Of a stretch of 64,000 nucleotides of DNA, positions 1 to 8,069 are shown piece by piece; within the stretch, counting starts at the first letter, position 1, and every line of letters starts with the position of its first letter. The position numbers and the translations under genes are program-made. The DNA comes from Phycisphaerae bacterium (GTDB taxonomy: Bacteria; Planctomycetota; Phycisphaerae; UBA1845; Fen-1342), in contig JASFQK010000007.1 in assembly GCA_050115495.1 (NCBI GenBank), positions 32,001-96,000 of the forward strand, given 5' to 3'. The notes under the pieces are model-generated. The model made no database searches. It saw only the letters and a list, made by a program, of their open reading frames with translations, and was not told the DNA's origin.

Positions 1-767
1 CTCCGCCCGGACACCCAGGGTAGATAGTCGCCCGCACACAAGCAAACGAACGCAAGGCCCACGACGAACAGGCCCGCGGTCGGCAGAAGGGCCGCATCTC
101 TTCGACGCCTGCCGCCGCGGTCGAGGAGGTACTCCATGTACCAGCAGGCTGCCATGGCCATCGCCAGACAAGCGAGGACGGCCGCTACGAGCAGCCCCCC
201 CGAAACCCCTTGATACGGAGGCACCCATACAGACCACCTCGTATCGTACAGCGCCGCCGCAACGCCCAGCGCCAGCGCTGCCCACATCAGCGAGCGGGCG
301 ACCCGCCGCGTCCACCCCGGCCGGCGAATCGGCTCGACCGGTTCCCGCACCGTGAGCAGGAGCGTCCCGAAGCACGCACACACGGCACTACCCGCCCCGA
401 TCGCCGGCGCGAGCCCGATGAGCAACTCAACGAACGACAGACTGGACGCAATACCCATTAGCGCGGCAAGCAGTAGGAGCACAACCAGGAACAGACCCGC
501 GCAGGCCGCACCCGCGACGGCCGTCAGCAGCACCAACCCACCACGAACCATGCGAAGCCACCGCCGGTCAGCGCAGCGCAGATTCTCACAGAACAGCGAA
601 TCGCCCACCGGTAGCGCGCACTCTGGGCAGTTCCCGGCCGGCTCCAACCCACGCAGGTTGTAGCCGCACCGGCTGCAGCGCCGATCCTCGGCCAAGCGCC
701 CGTCCTGATCCAGCGCCGCCCCGCGAGCATCCAAACCACCATCAGCTTCCGACGCCATGTTCTCCAC
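1..767 (-). CDS. Zn-ribbon multi-TM membrane protein, array copy G1 (3' end runs off window)
   Basis: Not in ORF track. Manual translation from GTG 767/ATG 758 gives MASEADGG..LDQDGRLAEDRRCSRCGYNLRGLEPAGNCPEC..LRCADRRWLRMVRGGL, then hydrophobic segments, open to position 1. Confidence 0.85.
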   Translation of the reverse strand, partial: MENMASEADGGLDARGAALDQDGRLAEDRRCSRCGYNLRGLEPAGNCPECALPVGDSLFCENLRCADRRWLRMVRGGLVLLTAVAGAACAGLFLVVLLLLAALMGIASSLSFVELLIGLAPAIGAGSAVCACFGTLLLTVREPVEPIRRPGWTRRVARSLMWAALALGVAAALYDTRWSVWVPPYQGVSGGLLVAAVLACLAMAMAACWYMEYLLDRGGRRRRDAALLPTAGLFVVGLAFVCLCAGDYLPWVSGR

Positions 768-875
768 TCACTCCCCGACGGCCGAGCCTCGAACTTCCGC
801 ACCACGACCGCTCACCGCAGGCCGCCGCCAGCAATCCTATGCCTCGTCCCGCCGTCCACAAGACCCAGCGGTCGA

Positions 876-1799
876 TTACGCGTCTGGCGGCGTCCGCCCG
901 TGGCGCTCCACACCGTCGTCGCAGACCCTATCCACGACCCGGTAGGTTCGCACCGCGAGGACCAACACGGCGATGGGCGTCACCAGACCACCGATCATCA
1001 GCGATATGGCCCCGAGCACAGCAAAGCACGCCATTGGGCTGGATGCCAGCGGGTAGTGCGTGGCCGCACACCAGCAGACGACGGCGATGCCCACGAACAA
1101 CGCGCCCGCGAACGGCACAAGAGTCACGTTCTTCTTGCGCCAGCTGCTACGGTGGAGGAGGTGCCCCATGTAGTGACAGGCGACCACGACCATCGCGAGG
1201 CCGGCGAGTACAGCCACCGCGCATAGTCCCAGCAGAAGCCTGCCGTCGACAAACACGTCCACAGACCACGCCGCGCCGAGCAACGCCGCCGCGATCCACA
1301 GCGCCACCACCACCCACGTCAGCCGGCGGGCCACGAGCCGCGCCCGTACCGGCGGGCGCACTCGCTCGACCGGCTCAAGCGTGGTGAACAACAGAATCCC
1401 TATGGACGCACCCACGGCACTCCCCAGGGCAATCACCGGCGCGAGCGCGACGGTCGGCTCAATAAACGGGGATTCGTTCCTGGCATCCAGTAACGCACTG
1501 ATGAATGCAAGCATAACGAGGAACAGCCACGCGCAGATCGCGCCTGCCGCCATCGCCAACAGCACCAATCCGGTCCGAACCGTGCGGAGCCACGGCTGGT
1601 CCGCGTGGCGCAGATCATCGCCGACCAGCGAATCGCCCACCGGCGCCGCGCACTCCGGGCAGTTCCCCGTCGGCTCCAGCCCGCGCAGGTTGTACCCGCA
1701 CTGAACGCAACGATGATCGTCCGCCAAGCGCCCCTCCTGATCGAGCGGCGCTCCGCGAGCAATCCCACCATCATCCGGTCCCGACGCCATGCTCTTCAC
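876..1799 (-). CDS. Zn-ribbon multi-TM membrane protein, array copy G2
   Basis: CVQCGYNLRGL..CPEC motif, about 6 hydrophobic segments, conserved C-terminal YRVVD..DD..R motif. Confidence 0.9.
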   Translation of the reverse strand: MKSMASGPDDGGIARGAPLDQEGRLADDHRCVQCGYNLRGLEPTGNCPECAAPVGDSLVGDDLRHADQPWLRTVRTGLVLLAMAAGAICAWLFLVMLAFISALLDARNESPFIEPTVALAPVIALGSAVGASIGILLFTTLEPVERVRPPVRARLVARRLTWVVVALWIAAALLGAAWSVDVFVDGRLLLGLCAVAVLAGLAMVVVACHYMGHLLHRSSWRKKNVTLVPFAGALFVGIAVVCWCAATHYPLASSPMACFAVLGAISLMIGGLVTPIAVLVLAVRTYRVVDRVCDDGVERHGRTPPDA

Positions 1800-1843
1800 T
1801 CACTCCCCAACAGCCGAACCTCGACTCTCCCTACCGCTGCCGA

Positions 1844-2746
1844 CTACCCGGCCGGCGGCGTCCGCCCGTAGCGAACCGGATCGTCGCGCCAGGCCTGGTC
1901 CACAACACGATAGGCTTGCAGCATGACGAGGAACAGGACGCCCGCCGTCGGCGGCATCAGCCCCACCAGCAGCGCGAGGGCCAGGACGAACACCCAGTCG
2001 CTCGGGCCACGATCGGGACTGACCGCGAAACAGATGCCTAGCAGAACGCCCGCCGCGACCACCAGCGCGACCACTGAGCCGGCCAGGCTGTCCCCTTCAG
2101 CATCACCGCGCTTGATGAGGTACCCCATGTGCACGCTGGCCGCGCCGATCGTCGCCAGGCCGACGAGGAGGGCCGCCGCGTCAGCGACCAGCGTGCCCAG
2201 AGAACCCACCGGCCCCAACGCCCCGCGATCGAGCAGAATCACGACGACCCCGATCACCGCCAGGCCACACGTCAGGATGCGTGCCCAGCGCCGGGTCCGT
2301 GCCGGCTGGCCCTCCCGCTCGTTCGGCTCGCACGCTGTGAACAGCAGCATCCCACAGAACGCGAGCACGGCGCTGCCTACGCCGCACACGATCGCTACCC
2401 AGGCGACGAAGAGGTCGAGCGAGAGGCTCCGCGTTACCACCGCCATGAAAAGGGCCAACGCCATGGCCAGCACGCAGGCGAAGAAGCTTACCGCCGCGAC
2501 GAGCAGCAGCAGCAATCCCAGCCGGACCTTGCGCAGCCACCGCCGATCCGCGTAGCGCAGTTGGTTGCTGACGAGCGACTCGCGCACCGGCTGCGCGCAT
2601 TCCGGACAATCCCCCGCCGGCTCCAGCCCGCGCAGGTTATAGCCGCAGCGGCTACAGCGCCGATCCTCAGCCAAGCGCCCGTCCTGATCCAGCGGCGCTC
2701 CGCCGTCGCTCCCGCTGCCGTCGTCTTCCGATGCCATGCTCCCCAA
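1844..2746 (-). CDS. Zn-ribbon multi-TM membrane protein, array copy G3
   Basis: CSRCGYNLRGL..CPEC, LRYADRRWL, TM segments, YRVVDQAWRDDPVRYG. Confidence 0.9.
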   Translation of the reverse strand: MGSMASEDDGSGSDGGAPLDQDGRLAEDRRCSRCGYNLRGLEPAGDCPECAQPVRESLVSNQLRYADRRWLRKVRLGLLLLLVAAVSFFACVLAMALALFMAVVTRSLSLDLFVAWVAIVCGVGSAVLAFCGMLLFTACEPNEREGQPARTRRWARILTCGLAVIGVVVILLDRGALGPVGSLGTLVADAAALLVGLATIGAASVHMGYLIKRGDAEGDSLAGSVVALVVAAGVLLGICFAVSPDRGPSDWVFVLALALLVGLMPPTAGVLFLVMLQAYRVVDQAWRDDPVRYGRTPPAG

Positions 2747-2856
2747 GCACTCCCCGACCGCCGGTCCGTCACCTTCCGGCGACGCATCTACTCACCGAAC
2801 CGCAGTCACAGGGATTTCAACGCCCCGCCTCGCCGTCGGCAAGCGCCGCCGGCCGA

Positions 2857-3759
2857 TTACCGCAATCCCAGCGCCTCCCTGTAGCGGTCCGGGTCGTCGC
2901 GCCAGGCACGATTCACAGCGCGGTAAGCTCGTGCCGCAAGAACCAACAGTGCCGCCAGCGTTGCCGGCGTGGCTCCCACGAGCACCATGGCCCCTGTAAC
3001 CCAGATGCCGTCGACCACGTCAGCCGCCGCCGAGACGGCGATAGCCACGCCCCAGCAGGCGAACCACCCACCAACGGCGAGCACTCCCGCCGCCGGAACA
3101 GCACCCAGGCCCCCTCGGGCCGAGCCACTGCGACCCGTGAGGTTCTCCAGGTGCCAGAGAACCGCGGCGGCCATGACGAGACCGACGACGATGGTCGCCA
3201 GAATGAACGTCACCTGAACGCCGCGGCCCACGGACGGCAACAGGGCGAGCAATGCGGTTGCGTCCGCCAACACCACCAGGACCCACAGCAGACGGCGCGC
3301 CGCGACCCGCACCGACGCCGGGCGGCCGGGACACTCGCCCGTTTCGCACGCCGTGCACAACAACACGCCGACGAACACGGATACGACAGCGCACGCGCCG
3401 ATCGCCAGTGCGGTCAGGGTGATCACTTCGCTCGCCAGGGCACGGCCCGTCCCTCCCAGAACCTTGAGGACGCGCCCAACGTGGAGCGAGAGCACACTCG
3501 CACTGATCCCCCCGGCCCCGACCAGTAGTAGCATGAGTCCTCGGCGAACCTGGCGAAGCCACCGCCGGTCCGCGTAACGCAACTGGTCACTGACGAGCGA
3601 TTCTCGCACCCGCTGTGCACATTCCGGGCACTTCCCGGTCGGCTTCAGTCCGCGCAGGTTGTAGCCGCAGTGGCTGCAGCGCCGGTCCTCCGCCAGACGA
3701 CCCGCCTGATCCAGCGGCGCCCCGCGCGTGCTCCACTTGCTGTCGCCTTCTGCCGACAT
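2857..3759 (-). CDS. Zn-ribbon multi-TM membrane protein, array copy G4
   Basis: CSHCGYNLRGL..CPEC, LRYADRRWL, YRAVNRAWRDDPDRY. Confidence 0.9.
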   Translation of the reverse strand: MSAEGDSKWSTRGAPLDQAGRLAEDRRCSHCGYNLRGLKPTGKCPECAQRVRESLVSDQLRYADRRWLRQVRRGLMLLLVGAGGISASVLSLHVGRVLKVLGGTGRALASEVITLTALAIGACAVVSVFVGVLLCTACETGECPGRPASVRVAARRLLWVLVVLADATALLALLPSVGRGVQVTFILATIVVGLVMAAAVLWHLENLTGRSGSARGGLGAVPAAGVLAVGGWFACWGVAIAVSAAADVVDGIWVTGAMVLVGATPATLAALLVLAARAYRAVNRAWRDDPDRYREALGLR

Positions 3760-3862
3760 GTTCGCTGCTCACGCCCCAGCGGGAAAACCTGCACGCTCAG
3801 ACGTTGCACCTGTTCACCGGCTCTCCGCCACGAGGACTCCAACGCCTCGCGCCGCCGGCCGA

Positions 3863-4768
3863 TTACTCCGGCGGCGGCATGCGCGGGCAGTGGTCCGGAC
3901 CGTCCTCGCAGGCCTGGTCCACGACGCCATGCGTCCGCCACACGAGCAAAAGCAGAACCACCAGCGCCACCGGGGCGATCCCCACCACCGGTATGGCACT
4001 GTTGGTGAAGACACCCCCTCCTACAAGGGCCGAAGACGACAGGGAGTGGGTCACGAACCACCATAAGAGCAACGCCCCCAACGCAAGCACGTTCACGATC
4101 CCGAGCATGGCCAGGTCGCCCCCTCCGGCGAGGCTGCGCTCGTGAAGGCTCCCCATGTACAGGCTGCCGGCGAACGCCAGCGCCAGACCGACAACGACGT
4201 CCGCCACGACGAACACCGACGAGACCCCGGAGCGCCAGGGCGCCGGCATGAACGACGGAACGATGAACAGCACGGTCGCGCCCCCGAGCACCGCCAGGGC
4301 CCACATCAGGCCCCGCGCCCAGCGCCGCGCCAGCACCGGCCAGCCGGCCCACTCACCCGGTTCAGGCGTCGTGAACAGGAGCATCCCCACGAGCCCGACC
4401 GCGCTGCCGCCCAGGCAAACCAACAGGGCGAACACGTCACCGGCAAGTCCACCAAGTGTCATCACCGGTCGCCCGGCCAGAGACGCCGCCATGAGGCGGA
4501 AGGCACTCACGCCGACCAGGCCGACGGCGACAAACAGCAGCAGCAACCCGCCGCGCACCGTGCGCAGCCATCGCCGATCCGCATAGCGCAGGCTATCCAG
4601 CAGCAGCGAGCGCCAGACCGGCAGCGCGCATTCCGGGCATTCGTGCTCCGGCGCCAGGCCGTGCAGGTTGTAGCCGCAACGGCCACACCGGCGATCCTCG
4701 GCCAGGCGCCCCTCCGCATCTAGCGCCGTCCCGCAGATGCTATGGCCGCTATAGTCTTCCGCCGACAT
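3863..4768 (-). CDS. Zn-ribbon multi-TM membrane protein, array copy G5
   Basis: CGRCGYNLHGL..CPEC, LRYADRRWL, TM segments. Confidence 0.9.
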   Translation of the reverse strand: MSAEDYSGHSICGTALDAEGRLAEDRRCGRCGYNLHGLAPEHECPECALPVWRSLLLDSLRYADRRWLRTVRGGLLLLFVAVGLVGVSAFRLMAASLAGRPVMTLGGLAGDVFALLVCLGGSAVGLVGMLLFTTPEPGEWAGWPVLARRWARGLMWALAVLGGATVLFIVPSFMPAPWRSGVSSVFVVADVVVGLALAFAGSLYMGSLHERSLAGGGDLAMLGIVNVLALGALLLWWFVTHSLSSSALVGGGVFTNSAIPVVGIAPVALVVLLLLVWRTHGVVDQACEDGPDHCPRMPPPE

Positions 4769-4887
4769 GCTCGCCGCTCACACCCCACCGGCCGAGCCTT
4801 CATGTCCCGGCGACGCGCCCGTTCACCGAATTGCCTACAGGATTATTGCAGCGCGCCACGCCGCCGTCGACAAGACCCGGCGGACGA

Positions 4888-5799
4888 TCACCGCGATCCC
4901 GGCGTCTGTCCGTAACGGTCCGGGTTGTCACTCCACGCCTGATTCACGACGCGATAGGTCCGCAGCACAAGCAGAAACGAGACCGCCAGCGTCGCCGGCC
5001 CGATCCCCAGATGTACTACAGCCCCGGTGACAAGAATGGCATCTGCCACACCGGGCGCTGCCAGAACGAAACTGGCGACGCACCAGCAAACGAGCGTCAC
5101 CCCCAGGCCAAGCAGTCCCGCCATCGCCAGCACCGCGATGTCCCCTCCCGCCGCGCCACCGCGGCCGATGAGACTCTGCATGTACCGGCAGGCCGCGATG
5201 GCCGTCGCCAGGCCGGCGACAACACCCGCCAGGATGAGCGCCACCAGGATTCCGACGCCCGCAAATGCCAGGAGGATGAGAAGGATCGTCGTGCCCCCCA
5301 ACACCGCCGCCGTCCAGAACAGGCAGCGCGCCGCGAGCCGCGCCCACACCGGCCGGCCCAACCGTTCGGCCGGCTCCTGCACGGTAAGCAGGAGCATGCC
5401 GAGAAACGCCGGTACAACGCTTACGATGCTGCAAGTCAGGGCAACGATCCACATTATGTCGCCGGCCGACCCGCCGCGCATCCGCGCCAGCGCACCGACG
5501 ATGGTCGCGGCCAGGAACAGCAGCACACTCGCACAGATACCCCCTACCGCCAACACCAGCAGCGCCAAACCGCTACGAACCTGGCTAAGCCACTGCCGGT
5601 TCGCGTAGCGCAGGTCATTCGCGACGAGCGAATCATGCACTGGCTGCGCACATTCCGGGCAGAGCTGTTCCGGCTCCAGTCCGCGCAGGTTGTACCCGCA
5701 CCGGCAGCAGCGCCGATCCTCGGCCAGCCGCCCAGCCGCATCCAGCGGCGCCCTGCCGTCGCGACCACCACTGTCAGCTTCCGCCACCATGCTTCCCAC
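4888..5799 (-). CDS. Zn-ribbon multi-TM membrane protein, array copy G6
   Basis: CCRCGYNLRGL..CPEC, YRVVNQAWSDNPDRYGQTPGSR. Confidence 0.9.
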   Translation of the reverse strand: MGSMVAEADSGGRDGRAPLDAAGRLAEDRRCCRCGYNLRGLEPEQLCPECAQPVHDSLVANDLRYANRQWLSQVRSGLALLVLAVGGICASVLLFLAATIVGALARMRGGSAGDIMWIVALTCSIVSVVPAFLGMLLLTVQEPAERLGRPVWARLAARCLFWTAAVLGGTTILLILLAFAGVGILVALILAGVVAGLATAIAACRYMQSLIGRGGAAGGDIAVLAMAGLLGLGVTLVCWCVASFVLAAPGVADAILVTGAVVHLGIGPATLAVSFLLVLRTYRVVNQAWSDNPDRYGQTPGSR

Positions 5800-5817
5800 A
5801 CACTCCCCACCGGCTGA

Positions 5818-6744
5818 TCACCGCGATCCCGGCGTCTGTCCGTAACGATCCGGATCGTCGCGCCAAGCCTGATCTACAACACGGTACGCCCGCAGCACAA
5901 GCAGGAACAGGATGACCGCGGTCATCGGGATCATCGCCAGCAGCGGCAATGCGGAGACCAGGGCCAGGGCGCCTCCGCCGTACCCGGCCGCGTAGACGGA
6001 TACGCAGCAAACAAAGATCAACGTCCCCACGATAAGCGCCAACGCCGCCAGCGAGCCGGCCATCTCGCCCGCATCCGCCCCACCGCGCTCGATGAGGTGC
6101 CTCATGTACTGACTGGCCGTGACGAGCGTCGCCAGCCCGACGACCAGGCCCGTCGAAGTCACCGCCAGCGAAAACCACGTATCCACCAGCCCGTACGACA
6201 CACCGAGGGGCAGGATCAAGATACCCCCGAGCACCCCCAGGACGAGTGTCAGACCACGCGTCGCCCGGCGGCACGATGTCACCCGGCCGGTCTGCTCGGT
6301 GGGCTCACGCGCCGTGAACACGAGCAGACCGCCAAACATGAGCGCGGTGCCACCGAGGCCACCGAGCACCGTTACGCAAGCGACGAGACCGGCGATGGAC
6401 TCACCCGCCCGGCTCGTCGCGAGCGCGATGATCGTCGGCAACAGGGAGAGCAGACTCGCGCACAGGCTGCCCACGCCGACCAGCAGCATCAGCAGCCCGG
6501 CCCGAACCTTACCGAGCCACGATCGATCCGCGTAGCGCAGGCCGTTGGCGGCCAACGAGTGGCTGACCGGTGCCGCACACTCTGGGCAGTCCCCCGCCGG
6601 GTCGAGGCCGCGCAGGTTGTACCCACAGCGGCAGCAGCGCCGATCCTCGGCCAGCCGCCCGTGCTCATCGAGGGGCGCTTCGCCGACGTTCTCGACACTG
6701 TGACCTTCCGGCGGCATAGGCCCCATCCACTCCCCAACGTCCAC
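5818..6744 (-). CDS. Zn-ribbon multi-TM membrane protein, array copy G7
   Basis: CCRCGYNLRGL..CPEC, YRVVDQAWRDDPDRYGQTPGSR; true start may be a few codons downstream. Confidence 0.9.
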   Translation of the reverse strand: MDVGEWMGPMPPEGHSVENVGEAPLDEHGRLAEDRRCCRCGYNLRGLDPAGDCPECAAPVSHSLAANGLRYADRSWLGKVRAGLLMLLVGVGSLCASLLSLLPTIIALATSRAGESIAGLVACVTVLGGLGGTALMFGGLLVFTAREPTEQTGRVTSCRRATRGLTLVLGVLGGILILPLGVSYGLVDTWFSLAVTSTGLVVGLATLVTASQYMRHLIERGGADAGEMAGSLAALALIVGTLIFVCCVSVYAAGYGGGALALVSALPLLAMIPMTAVILFLLVLRAYRVVDQAWRDDPDRYGQTPGSR

Positions 6745-7659
6745 TCACCAGCTCCGTAGCATCCGCCCGTAACGATCCGGATCTTCGCGCCGGGCCCGAT
6801 TCACGGCGCGATGTGTCCGCCGCACCAGCATGAACAGCAGCACCAGCGTCGTCGGTCCGATCCCCAGCAGCAGCACCGCCCCCATGCGGAAAAGGTCCTG
6901 CAGGGGCTCAGGAACCGGCGGCGCAAAGAAAGCGATATACCAGCAGACGAACGACACCGCCGTGACGACCACCCCCGCCGCCGTCCAAAGGGCCAGGTCG
7001 GCGTCGGCCGCCCCGGCGCGGCCGACGAGGTGTCCCATGTACAGGCTGGCCGCAACGGCCAGCGGCAGGGCAACCACGATGTCCGCGATGATGAGCCACG
7101 GCGAGGCCCCATAGCGCAGGAACGCCGGCACAAACGACGGGCCGCTGAACAGCGCCGTGGTCCCGCCCAGCACCATCAGCGTCCACATCAGACCACGCGC
7201 CCAGCGCCGCGCCCGTGCCGGCCAGCCCGGCCGCTCCGCGGGCTCGCGCCACGTGAGCAGCAGTATCCCGAAGAACCCGGGCACGATGCTCGCCGTCACG
7301 ACCACAAGCGCAGAGATGGCGATCGCCTCACTGGCCGATCCGCTGTCCAACCCCGTGAAACCCCCAATGACGATCGCGGCGGCGAAGAGAAGCACACTCG
7401 CGCAGACGCCCCCGACCGCAATCAGCAGCAACAGCAGCCCGAGCCGAACCTTGCCGAGCCACCGCCAATCCGCGTAGCGCAGGTTGCCGCCGACGAGCGA
7501 ATCGCGCACCAGCAACGCACATTCCGGGCAGTGCTCCGCCGGCGCCAGCCCGCGCAGGTTATAGCCGCAACGGCAGCAACGTCGATCATCGGCCAACCGC
7601 CCCTCCTTATCGAGGGGCGTTCCGCAGATGCTCCGTCCACCGTGCCCGTTCGGCGGCAT
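6745..7659 (-). CDS. Zn-ribbon multi-TM membrane protein, array copy G8 (first transcribed)
   Basis: CCRCGYNLRGL..CPEC, LRYADWRWL, HRAVNRARREDPDRYG; GGGGAG upstream. Confidence 0.9.
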   Translation of the reverse strand: MPPNGHGGRSICGTPLDKEGRLADDRRCCRCGYNLRGLAPAEHCPECALLVRDSLVGGNLRYADWRWLGKVRLGLLLLLIAVGGVCASVLLFAAAIVIGGFTGLDSGSASEAIAISALVVVTASIVPGFFGILLLTWREPAERPGWPARARRWARGLMWTLMVLGGTTALFSGPSFVPAFLRYGASPWLIIADIVVALPLAVAASLYMGHLVGRAGAADADLALWTAAGVVVTAVSFVCWYIAFFAPPVPEPLQDLFRMGAVLLLGIGPTTLVLLFMLVRRTHRAVNRARREDPDRYGRMLRSW

Positions 7660-7869
7660 GATCGCTGCTCACTCCCCAACGGTCGGACCGCGACGCTCCC
7701 ACACTACGTGTGCTCGTCGCGCTTCCGCGGCACTACTCCGAATTCCACGAATCGCTCACCCCGACACGCCCCGGCCCGTTATCGGTTCCGGCCATGCCGC
7801 CCCGCTCCATCACGAGTTTCATTTCACTCACCCGTCGTCACGCCGGCCGTGTCGCCGTGTTGAACACAG

Positions 7870-7898
7870 AATCTAACGCCGCGACCGTAAGGCGACAA
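7870..7898 (-). promoter_or_regulatory. Putative sigma70 promoter for the paralog array
   Basis: Minus strand TTGTCG-N17-TAGATT. Confidence 0.5.
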
Positions 7899-8069
7899 GA
7901 TTCCCCCCGGGGCCGCAGGGAGCAATCCGGCAGCGTCATCGGAGCCGTCGGCGAGCGCGCAGACCCCGGCCGCCCCTCAGGCGCCAGTGGCGCCGGATCC
8001 GTGAGCCCGGCGCCACCGGATGGCCTGATGTTCCACGAACGCACTGCCCGCCGCAGCACGCGAACGCTG

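Noticed and set aside
1..7659. Array as a diversity-generating retroelement or integron cassette array
   Set aside because: No reverse transcriptase, integrase, template/variable repeat pair or attC-like sites seen; divergence covers the whole membrane core.
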